A stretch of DNA of 41,012 nt from NCBI GenBank assembly GCA_964590935.1, contig CAZPXC010000005.1:1-41012 (forward strand), in the 5' to 3' direction. Numbering within the stretch: position 1 is the first letter of the stretch; every line of letters begins with the position of its first letter. Below the pieces are notes generated by a model. It saw only the letters and a program-made list of their open reading frames with translations, was not told the origin of the DNA and made no database searches. This document shows positions 15,820 to 23,695 of this stretch, one piece after another. The position numbers were made by a program, and so were the translations under genes. Source of the stretch: an uncultured Methanosarcinales archaeon. Its GTDB lineage: Archaea > Nanobdellota > Nanobdellia > Woesearchaeales > DSVV01.

Positions 15820-17460
15820 ATGAAAAGAAAGAGGTTAATCGTTTTTTGGATAATTTTAGTAATTGGACTATTGGTTTTTATCGAATGTGTTAATGCTGCT
15901 ACGATCACTACAGAGTCGTGCTCAGAGACAGATGTTCAGAATGCAATTAATTCTGCAGATGATGGAGATACAGTCAATGTGCCTGCCGGGAGCTGCACAT
16001 GGACATCTGGTGCGACGATTCCTGATGGTGTTAAATTAATAGGGGCCGGAGCTTTTGATGCAGATGGCGGAAAGAATACAGTGATTTCATCTTCTGGTTT
16101 CATAGTAACACATCTTGGCACTGGTTCCTGGTTAGAGGGTTTTAAATTTGTCAATGGCATTGCGAAACCAGATAATAATGCAGGGGAGCAGGACTGGGTC
16201 ATAAAAGATAATTATTTTGGCAATACAGGGGGCAAACAATATATTGGCGTTTCCAGGGGGGATGGAAATGGAGATGCTGATTATGAAAAGGGAACTACTG
16301 CTGGTGAGCCACCTAGTGGGGTATATCACGGCAATTATCTCTATAACATTAAGATGACTAATAATGGAAAAATAACAGGAGAAACAGCCTGGTATGAACC
16401 TACTAACCCAGGCGGAACAGACCATGCGGTTTATTTTGAAAACAACACTTTTGATCTGTCAGGCAATGTATACCCAGACAATAATGTTTTTGATTCATCT
16501 TTCGGCGGGAGAACGGTATTTAGGTTCAATAAATTTATAAACGCCAGGATGGAGCAGCATGGCGCATGGGAGGCAGATTCAAGCGGAGGCAACCCTCATC
16601 GTGGGCCAAGACTTCTCGAAGCATATGACAATTATTGGGATATGGATTACTCATTATCATATAATGCCTGGCTGATACGCTCGTTGGGGGGCATAAATCT
16701 TATCTTTAACAATTTCTGCAAAGATACAGCTTTTGGAGGCGCTTATTGTGATATAGAACTGTTGCAGTATCGGTCAAGCGGGTCAAATGGAGGATACTGC
16801 AGTCCAGATGGTTCAAACCCTTTTGACACTCCAGGGGATGCAGACACTCTTGCCGGTACGCCGGCGGCAGGAAAAGTTGGCTGTCGTGATATGCATGGAA
16901 TGGGAAAGGATTCTGCTTTAAGCCCTACACTTGTTAAGGGAGATGATAGTACAGATGACCAGGCTGACCAGTATTATGAGCCGAGCTACATATGGAACAC
17001 CACTTATTATGATGGTAACGTAATGGTACAGACATCTGTAAGTAATCTAGATACAGATTATATTACAGAAAACATAAATTATTTCCAGGGTGATGGAACT
17101 GCTGATGCAGGGGTTAGATCTGGAAAATTTGCATCTGCTCCTGAATGTAATCCTTCCACTGCTTATTATGGTTATTGGGCAACAGACCAGGGAGACTGGA
17201 ATTCAGAGAATCCTGGGCCAGACGGACAGTTATATGTTTGTGATGGTGCAAACTGGAATCTGTATTATACTCCCGCTCCCTACCCACACCCCCTGATATC
17301 AGGTGGCTCAGGTTTAACATGCACCTCAGGCGCAGATTCTGATGGTGATTCATCTGTTTCAACCGAGGAGTTGGTTGATTATATCTCTTATTGGAAAAAT
17401 GGAAGTGTTGCGATAGGCGACCTGATTTCCGCGATTGCAGAGTGGAAGAACGGGTGCTAG
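15820..17460 (+). CDS. Array paralog C: secreted beta-helix-like protein, 'INAA-CS / VPAGSCTW' class, with C-terminal tag
   Basis: Start ATG 15820 (track 15706 begins inside B). Signal peptide MKRKRLIVFWIILVIGLLVFIECVNA. SCSETDVQNAINSADDGDTVNVPAGSCTW. C-terminal DGQLYVCDGANWNLYYTPAPYPHPL. Tag 17320-17457. Confidence 0.85.
   Translation: MKRKRLIVFWIILVIGLLVFIECVNAATITTESCSETDVQNAINSADDGDTVNVPAGSCTWTSGATIPDGVKLIGAGAFDADGGKNTVISSSGFIVTHLGTGSWLEGFKFVNGIAKPDNNAGEQDWVIKDNYFGNTGGKQYIGVSRGDGNGDADYEKGTTAGEPPSGVYHGNYLYNIKMTNNGKITGETAWYEPTNPGGTDHAVYFENNTFDLSGNVYPDNNVFDSSFGGRTVFRFNKFINARMEQHGAWEADSSGGNPHRGPRLLEAYDNYWDMDYSLSYNAWLIRSLGGINLIFNNFCKDTAFGGAYCDIELLQYRSSGSNGGYCSPDGSNPFDTPGDADTLAGTPAAGKVGCRDMHGMGKDSALSPTLVKGDDSTDDQADQYYEPSYIWNTTYYDGNVMVQTSVSNLDTDYITENINYFQGDGTADAGVRSGKFASAPECNPSTAYYGYWATDQGDWNSENPGPDGQLYVCDGANWNLYYTPAPYPHPLISGGSGLTCTSGADSDGDSSVSTEELVDYISYWKNGSVAIGDLISAIAEWKNGC
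17320..17457 (+). other. 46-aa C-terminal tag (C)
   Basis: CTSGADSDGDSSVSTEELVDYISYWKNGSVAIGDLISAIAEWKNGC-stop. Confidence 0.8.
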
Positions 17461-17465
17461 AGAAG

Positions 17466-19058
17466 ATGAATAATAAAAATATTTTTTTGATATTTGTCGT
17501 TGGGATGTTTATTTTAGTTGCTTTTGCCGGGAGTGCATGTGGCGAAACAATAAACGCAGCGTCATGTTCCCAGGCAGATGTCCAGGCGGCGATCGACTCT
17601 GCTTCTGGTGGAGATACCGTTAATGTGCCTGCTGGAAGTTGCACCTGGTCAAATCGGCTCGTGATAACCAAAGGGATCAAACTAATAGGTGCTGGCGACG
17701 GGGTTACATATAGCAATGGAACAGTGATCACATGTACCTATTCGTCAGGCCATATCGAGGGTTCAGATGGTTATGCAGTTGTTTATTCTCCTGACCAATC
17801 TGATAGGGTTGCAGGATTTAGGTTGTCAGGATTTGAGTTTGACTTCTCTGGTTTGTCTGAGGGCATAGGGATCTGGAACGAGCTTGCAAACCAGTGGAAC
17901 AATCCCGTAACAAATGTCAGGGTTGACCATAACATATTGAAAGATGGCAGGCAGGAATGGATGGTGATTGGAGGGGTTGTCTACGGTGTTGCTGACAATA
18001 ACATAATAGACCATACGACTGGTGGGGGTTCGAGTGACGGCATAGACCATATGGGGCTGGGAGATGGCGCCTGGCAGCATATGTCATATGAGTTCGGAAC
18101 GTCTGAGACCTGGTTCTGGGAAGACAACACGTTCAAGTCCACATCAGGATATCTTGGCGACAACTGGGATTGCACAAACGGTGCGAGATATGTTGCAAGG
18201 TACAACACTATACAGGAGACAGGCGATGCTGGCGCCATGCCGGCATTTAATTTTCATGGGAATACAGGATCGGTGAACAGCTGTATGGGGATGGAAATAT
18301 ACCGCAATTCCATAACAGCAGGAACGAGTAACCATTACATCACAACCCAGCGCGGAGGGAAAGCCGTTGCATTTGACAATTCTGTCAGCAGTCACGCTTC
18401 GGATTATATATCATATGTAGCAGATTATGGTGCAAGCTGTAATGGCCAGGGTTGTGATACCCTGACCGCTTATCCGGTCAGCCAGGTCAGTGGAGAGCCA
18501 CAGCACCCGAGCGATTCGTATTACTGGAATAACGAGGTTCATGGGTCTGTCTCTTATGATTATAAAATTTATTGTGTACTGGGTTACTCTGGACCTGGTT
18601 GTACAGGCGCGGATGTTTGTTGCCCATCTTATCCTCCTTATAGGAATGTGCCACAGGAGGGTTTGGATGTCTGGTTTCAGCATCCAACATTCGATGGCAC
18701 GGCGGGAGTTGGAGTAGGCACCAAAGCCCAGATGGATGCGATCACCACCTGCACAGAAGGGGTCGGTTATTGGGTAACTGATGAAGGAGATTGGAATTCA
18801 GAAAGCCCAGGTCCCGATGGGCAACTATACAGGTGCGGTTCATCAAACAACTGGGTCCTTTATTACACACCTTATACATATCCGCATCCATTAAGAGAGG
18901 ATGGAACTGGCCCGGTTTGCGGGGCATCTGATAACAATCCCCTTGACGGTGTTGTTTCAAACGAAGAATTAACTGATTATATTTCTTCCTGGAAATCAGG
19001 AGATGTTGCGATAGGCGACCTGATCGCTGCGATTGCAGAATGGAAGAATGGATGCTGA
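17466..19058 (+). CDS. Array paralog D: secreted protein of the 'INAA-CS / VPAGSCTW' class with variant C-terminal tag; no own promoter
   Basis: ATG 17466 is only 5 nt after the stop of C and has no TATA box, so it is probably co-transcribed. Signal peptide MNNKNIFLIFVVGMFILVAFAGSA. SCSQADVQAAIDSASGGDTVNVPAGSCTW. DGQLYRCGSSNNWVLYYTPYTYPHPL. Tag 18918-19055. Confidence 0.85.
   Translation: MNNKNIFLIFVVGMFILVAFAGSACGETINAASCSQADVQAAIDSASGGDTVNVPAGSCTWSNRLVITKGIKLIGAGDGVTYSNGTVITCTYSSGHIEGSDGYAVVYSPDQSDRVAGFRLSGFEFDFSGLSEGIGIWNELANQWNNPVTNVRVDHNILKDGRQEWMVIGGVVYGVADNNIIDHTTGGGSSDGIDHMGLGDGAWQHMSYEFGTSETWFWEDNTFKSTSGYLGDNWDCTNGARYVARYNTIQETGDAGAMPAFNFHGNTGSVNSCMGMEIYRNSITAGTSNHYITTQRGGKAVAFDNSVSSHASDYISYVADYGASCNGQGCDTLTAYPVSQVSGEPQHPSDSYYWNNEVHGSVSYDYKIYCVLGYSGPGCTGADVCCPSYPPYRNVPQEGLDVWFQHPTFDGTAGVGVGTKAQMDAITTCTEGVGYWVTDEGDWNSESPGPDGQLYRCGSSNNWVLYYTPYTYPHPLREDGTGPVCGASDNNPLDGVVSNEELTDYISSWKSGDVAIGDLIAAIAEWKNGC
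18918..19055 (+). other. 46-aa C-terminal tag, loop variant (D)
   Basis: CGASDNNPLDGVVSNEELTDYISSWKSGDVAIGDLIAAIAEWKNGC-stop. Confidence 0.8.
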
Positions 19059-20679
19059 AAAGAAAAACATAGCTTGGGTAGCTGGGATTTTATTTCTCTT
19101 AATGGCCACGGAAGCGATGGGCACGACTTACTATGTTGATAAAAATTCTATAGGAGGCATCTGCTCTGACAGTAATCCTGGAACTATTGTTCAGCCCTGG
19201 TGCAGTATAAAATACGCAGCTAATACACTAGTTGCAGGAGATACTGTAAACATTAGGCAAGGAACCTACTCTGAGACAGATATCTATCCCAGCAGATCAG
19301 GGACTTCGGGTAATTATATAACATATAAAGTCTATCAAAATGAAAATGTTACTATTGATGCTACAGGAGCCGATGACTCTGCGTTTTACATATATAATTT
19401 AGACTATATTAAGATTGATGGCAGCGGACTTGATAACCAAATCCATCTATACTTTGAAAAGGGAGACTGGGTTATTATGCTAAGGGCTTCTGATTATGTT
19501 TGGGTGACTCATGTGGATGTTTCTGGGTCCCCTTATAATGATGGTTTGAAGCTGACGTCTGATCATCAAGGGGGACAGGGGGATGATGACAGCGGTTCAA
19601 AGCATTGTATAATTGAGTACTCTAGTTTTCACGATAACGGAGATTATGGAATAAAGTTAACAGGCTATGGCACTAGTTATAATACTATAAGATATAATAA
19701 TTTTTATTCAAATGGTGCCACAGGCTCTGACAAGTACGGTATGCAAATCTCAGGCGGAGAATATGAGGATAATCAGCCACAACATAATGAGCTTTATGGG
19801 AATAAGTTTTATAATAACCTGGGTTGTGGAATTCATTTATATGAAAGTTCAAATAACATCCTTAGAGAAAATGAATTTTATAACAATGGAATAGGAACCT
19901 CAAATCCCGCAAGAGGAATAAGTCTTAGCTTAAATTCAAAGAATAATCTTGTTTATGGAAACCGAGTTTACAATAATAATTACTATGGAATAGAATGCAG
20001 TAGTCATGCAGATTCAAACAAGATCTACAATAATATAATTTATGACAATGCTGAAGAGGGAATTATGATACAGGGGGGCTCATCTAAAAACGAAATTTAT
20101 AGTAACACGATATCCGGAGGAACTAATGGAGGGATATATCTATCATCAGATACGCAGGATACAATAATCAAAGACAATATAGTACTTACTATGGGAACTC
20201 AACCTACACTGCATAATGGAGGCGGCGGAACTGCGACCCTGGATTACAATCTGTGGTATGACTCGGTTACCCCAGATCTTATCTACTGGAATGGTGTTTT
20301 TCGGACTCTTTCACAATTTTATGCAGACACAGGAAATGAACAGCATGGCCTGCAAACAAATCCTCTTTTTATTGATCTCGCTTCTCATGATTTTTATATT
20401 CAGGCCGGTTCCCCAGCAATCAACAATGGAATAAGCCTTTCAGCATATTTTTCAACAGATTTTGCGGGAACAATAAGGCCCCAGGGCAGCGCCTGGGATA
20501 TAGGAGCATACGAATATGTTTCAGGAACAGGGGCTGTTTGCGGAGCAGCAGACAACAATCCATCTGATGGTGTTGTTTCAGGTGGAGAATTAGTTGATTT
20601 TATCTCCGGATGGAAACAGGGAGATGTTACGATCAGTGATTTGATCGCTGCGATTGCAGAATGGAAGAACGGGTGCTGA
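19048..20679 (+). CDS. Array paralog E: secreted PbH1-repeat beta-helix protein ('TYYV' class) with variant C-terminal tag; start overlaps D
   Basis: ATG 19048 sits inside D's ...EWKNGC codons (11-nt overlap); the track start 19033 is a TTG. Signal peptide MDAEKKNIAWVAGILFLLMATEAMG. TTYYVDK...GDTVNIRQGTYSE. Many NN-I-N repeats (YNNNYYGIECS, IYNNIIYDN). RPQGSAWDIGAYEY. Tag 20539-20676. Confidence 0.8.
   Translation: MDAEKKNIAWVAGILFLLMATEAMGTTYYVDKNSIGGICSDSNPGTIVQPWCSIKYAANTLVAGDTVNIRQGTYSETDIYPSRSGTSGNYITYKVYQNENVTIDATGADDSAFYIYNLDYIKIDGSGLDNQIHLYFEKGDWVIMLRASDYVWVTHVDVSGSPYNDGLKLTSDHQGGQGDDDSGSKHCIIEYSSFHDNGDYGIKLTGYGTSYNTIRYNNFYSNGATGSDKYGMQISGGEYEDNQPQHNELYGNKFYNNLGCGIHLYESSNNILRENEFYNNGIGTSNPARGISLSLNSKNNLVYGNRVYNNNYYGIECSSHADSNKIYNNIIYDNAEEGIMIQGGSSKNEIYSNTISGGTNGGIYLSSDTQDTIIKDNIVLTMGTQPTLHNGGGGTATLDYNLWYDSVTPDLIYWNGVFRTLSQFYADTGNEQHGLQTNPLFIDLASHDFYIQAGSPAINNGISLSAYFSTDFAGTIRPQGSAWDIGAYEYVSGTGAVCGAADNNPSDGVVSGGELVDFISGWKQGDVTISDLIAAIAEWKNGC
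20539..20676 (+). other. 46-aa C-terminal tag, loop variant (E)
   Basis: CGAADNNPSDGVVSGGELVDFISGWKQGDVTISDLIAAIAEWKNGC-stop. Confidence 0.8.
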
Positions 20680-20684
20680 TAACT

Positions 20685-20698
20685 AAACATTTTTAAAG
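20685..20698 (+). promoter_or_regulatory. TATA/BRE-like box upstream of paralog F
   Basis: AAACATTTTTAAAG ends 21 nt before ATG 20720. That ATG now opens only a 3-codon ORF (ATG AAA AGA TAG, 20720-20731); the F start is 26 nt further, at 20746. Confidence 0.55.
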
Positions 20699-20745
20699 TC
20701 TGTTAATCTTATATTTTTCATGAAAAGATAGGGGTCTGAAAAGAG

Positions 20746-23655
20746 ATGAAAGATAAAAATGTCTTTTTGTTTTTTATCATTGAAACATTTATTTTTATGA
20801 TATTTGTCTGGAATGCTTCTGCCACGGATATTTCAATCAGTTGTTCATCCGCATCCAGTGTGAATTCCGCAATATCCTCTGCGGAAGACGGTGATATACT
20901 GGAATGCACTGGCTCCGGATGGTCGTCTGGTATTGTTACGATGCCAACTGATAAGGGCATCACACTGGATGGAAACGGGGCGACAGTAAACGGAGGAGGG
21001 TTAACCATTGATGCTAGCTCTTATTTTAACAGGGTTACCAATATTCATTTCATCAACATTCCTGAACAAGGGATTTCAGTAGACGGTACCCTGACCAGCC
21101 AGCCATGGAGGATGGATCACTGTACATTTGCATCAAACAATCATCATGTGATTGTGGGGAACAGGTATGCCACGGGTGTTATAGACCATTCCACGTTTAC
21201 GCTTTCGCTTTCAAACCATGAGTTTATAGCAAATTGGGGATGGGGGCCCGGAAGCACTACAGGATGGACCAATTCACAACCTCCGGGTAGCCGGGCAGCT
21301 TTGTATATCGAGGATTGCACTGTTAACGGCATACCTGGCTCTACGGCAGACTGTTTGATCCAGGACTATTACGGATCAAGGGCAGTAATCAGATACAATA
21401 CCATAAGTAACGCTATGATCGAAGCCCATGGGAACACAGCATACTCCACAAGGTGGCTGGAGATCTATAAGAATACGTTTCCAGGATCAAATCTGGACAT
21501 ATGCATGAGGGGCGGTTCAGGTATAGTTTTCGGCAATGACAACCCTTCCAGCAGGTTTGTAGAGGAAATCCTTAATTGTGCTGGTGGTGATAGTGGATGT
21601 GATGAGGTCGGAAAGGGCCAGGATTGGGTTCAGTATCCCCTATATTGGTGGGACAACGCAGGCGCATCTCCCACATTGAATCAGGAGGGATGCGCGCCTG
21701 CAATCTCCGGTGCAATTGTAGCCGGCCTTGATGTCATATCCGGCGTCGGAAGCGGAACATCATTGCCCGCTACCTGCCAACAGTATGATGCTTATTGGAA
21801 AACAGATGCAGGAGGGAACTGGGACACCACCAACGGGGATTCAAACGACGGAGCGCTTTATAAGTGCGATGCCAGCGGAAACTGGCAGCTCTATTACATT
21901 CCATACACTTATCCGTATTCGCTTACAGGCTCAGCAGGCCAAAGCAATGCGATTATTCCTGCCGACAGGAGGATCGACTGGAGCGGTGCCGGCGTTTCAG
22001 GAGGTATCCCGGTCAGGGATACAATATGTGCAAATGTGAAAAATGCACCGTACAATGCTTATGGCGATGGTGTACATGATGATACAGCCGCAATCCAGCA
22101 GGCGCTCGATGACTGTCCTGACAACCAGGTGGTCTACATGCCGCCGGGAACATACAGGACAACTGACACCGTTCACCTGTACAGCTATGACACGCTGCGC
22201 GGTGCAGGGCCTGGCCAGTCCATAATCAGCCTGGACAGCGATGCTCGCTCAGCCCTGGATATCAGGGGAAACTTCTATTGGGCAGTGACCGGTGTGCAGA
22301 AGATATATTCAGTCACAGACGGCATGTCCAAAGGCTCGACCCAGGTAACGCTGAGCGATGTCACTGACATCAATGTAGGAGACGAGCTCCTGATAGACCA
22401 GCTGAATGACGGCGATACTGTGGATGCGCTTGGCAGCGAAGGCTTCTGTACCTACTGTGGCCGTGCAGAGGGAACAAGGACAAAGGGGCAGATCGTCGAT
22501 GTGACAGGGGTATCGGGAAAGAACGTCATGATAAGCCCGCCGCTTTATTGGAGCCTCAACGCATCACTGAGCCCAGAGGCAGTGCTTGTCGATGACAATT
22601 GGCTGATAAAGCATGCCGGGGTCGAGAACCTGAGCATAACCCAGCCTGCCCCGCATGCCATGTATCTGGTGGAGATCGATGGTGCGGCCTACTCGTGGCT
22701 GAAGGATGTGGAGCTGTCCAATGCCGACTGGAGGCTGGTCTGGATGATCGAAAGCCTCCACAACGAGATAAGGGACAGCTATTTCCATACAGGTCTGACC
22801 GGTTACGGCAGATCCCATGGTTACGGTGTGCTCCTGGACGACTACACTACGGCAAGCCTGGTGGAAAACAACATATTCGAAAGCCTGGACGGCGGCTGTG
22901 TCATGACAGGAGGAGGCGCCTCTGGCAATGTCATAGGGTACAACTATTTCGTCGATGCAAGGTTCGACGACGAATGGTGGATGACGCCCAGCCCTTCGCT
23001 CAACCATAATCCCCACCCTTCCATGAACCTCTGGGAAGGCAACATAGGCTATCAGGCTGAGGCTGACGACATCCACGGCTCAAGCAGCCATAATACTGTC
23101 TTCAGGTGCGTCTCGAAAGGCTACCAGAACGAGACCATCACCTCGTTCAACAATGCCGTAACGCTCGGCTATAAGCAGAGGTACTACAATGTGATCGGCT
23201 GCATACTTGGCACGCCCGGCAAGTCCCAGGTGTATGAACAGGCACCGCCGGGCAATGCGAATTCTGATGTAAGGACGATATGGAATCTCGGCTATGGCGG
23301 GCCAAACAATGCGGTTGATACACAGACCAAAGCAACATTGCTGCGGCACGGCAATTTCGACTATGTGACGAACTCCGTCGTCTGGGACCCGTCTATCAGC
23401 GATCACAGCCTGCCTGATTCGCTCTATCTCTCTTCAAAGCCGTCCTGGTTCGGCTCTGTGCCCTGGCCTCCTATAGGGCCTGACGTCACGGGCTATGTGA
23501 ACAAGATACCGGCTCAGATGAGGTTCGAAGGCATGCCTAGCTGTACCTCTATCACAAACATCCAACTTCTGGCTGTGCTCAACCAATGGCGGACAGGGGA
23601 TATTACCATGTCCCAGATGCTGCAGGCGATAGCTGTTTGGAAGAACGGCTGCTGA
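20746..23655 (+). CDS. Array paralog F: fusion of a C/D-class body (aa ~27-394) and an A/B-class beta-helix body (aa ~403-930) with a shortened 37-aa tag
   Basis: Signal peptide MKDKNVFLFFIIETFIFMIFVWNASA. SCSSASSVNSAISSAEDGDILEC...DGALYKCDASGNWQLYYIPYTYPYSL is followed directly by IIPADRRIDWSGAGVSGGIPVRDTICA...YGDGVHDDTAAIQQALDDCPDNQVVYMPPGTY...LPDSLYLSSKPSWFGSVPWPPIGPDV. Tag 23542-23652. Confidence 0.85.
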   Translation: MKDKNVFLFFIIETFIFMIFVWNASATDISISCSSASSVNSAISSAEDGDILECTGSGWSSGIVTMPTDKGITLDGNGATVNGGGLTIDASSYFNRVTNIHFINIPEQGISVDGTLTSQPWRMDHCTFASNNHHVIVGNRYATGVIDHSTFTLSLSNHEFIANWGWGPGSTTGWTNSQPPGSRAALYIEDCTVNGIPGSTADCLIQDYYGSRAVIRYNTISNAMIEAHGNTAYSTRWLEIYKNTFPGSNLDICMRGGSGIVFGNDNPSSRFVEEILNCAGGDSGCDEVGKGQDWVQYPLYWWDNAGASPTLNQEGCAPAISGAIVAGLDVISGVGSGTSLPATCQQYDAYWKTDAGGNWDTTNGDSNDGALYKCDASGNWQLYYIPYTYPYSLTGSAGQSNAIIPADRRIDWSGAGVSGGIPVRDTICANVKNAPYNAYGDGVHDDTAAIQQALDDCPDNQVVYMPPGTYRTTDTVHLYSYDTLRGAGPGQSIISLDSDARSALDIRGNFYWAVTGVQKIYSVTDGMSKGSTQVTLSDVTDINVGDELLIDQLNDGDTVDALGSEGFCTYCGRAEGTRTKGQIVDVTGVSGKNVMISPPLYWSLNASLSPEAVLVDDNWLIKHAGVENLSITQPAPHAMYLVEIDGAAYSWLKDVELSNADWRLVWMIESLHNEIRDSYFHTGLTGYGRSHGYGVLLDDYTTASLVENNIFESLDGGCVMTGGGASGNVIGYNYFVDARFDDEWWMTPSPSLNHNPHPSMNLWEGNIGYQAEADDIHGSSSHNTVFRCVSKGYQNETITSFNNAVTLGYKQRYYNVIGCILGTPGKSQVYEQAPPGNANSDVRTIWNLGYGGPNNAVDTQTKATLLRHGNFDYVTNSVVWDPSISDHSLPDSLYLSSKPSWFGSVPWPPIGPDVTGYVNKIPAQMRFEGMPSCTSITNIQLLAVLNQWRTGDITMSQMLQAIAVWKNGC
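23542..23652 (+). other. Degenerate 37-aa C-terminal tag lacking the acidic loop (F)
   Basis: CTSITNIQLLAVLNQWRTGDITMSQMLQAIAVWKNGC-stop; the 9 residues corresponding to GADSDGDSV are missing. Confidence 0.75.
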
Positions 23656-23660
23656 TAACC

Positions 23661-23674
23661 AAACATTTTTAAAA
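23661..23674 (+). promoter_or_regulatory. TATA/BRE-like box of paralog G
   Basis: AAACATTTTTAAAA ends 21 nt before ATG 23696. Confidence 0.6.
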
Positions 23675-23695
23675 TCTGCTTGTTCATTATAATTT

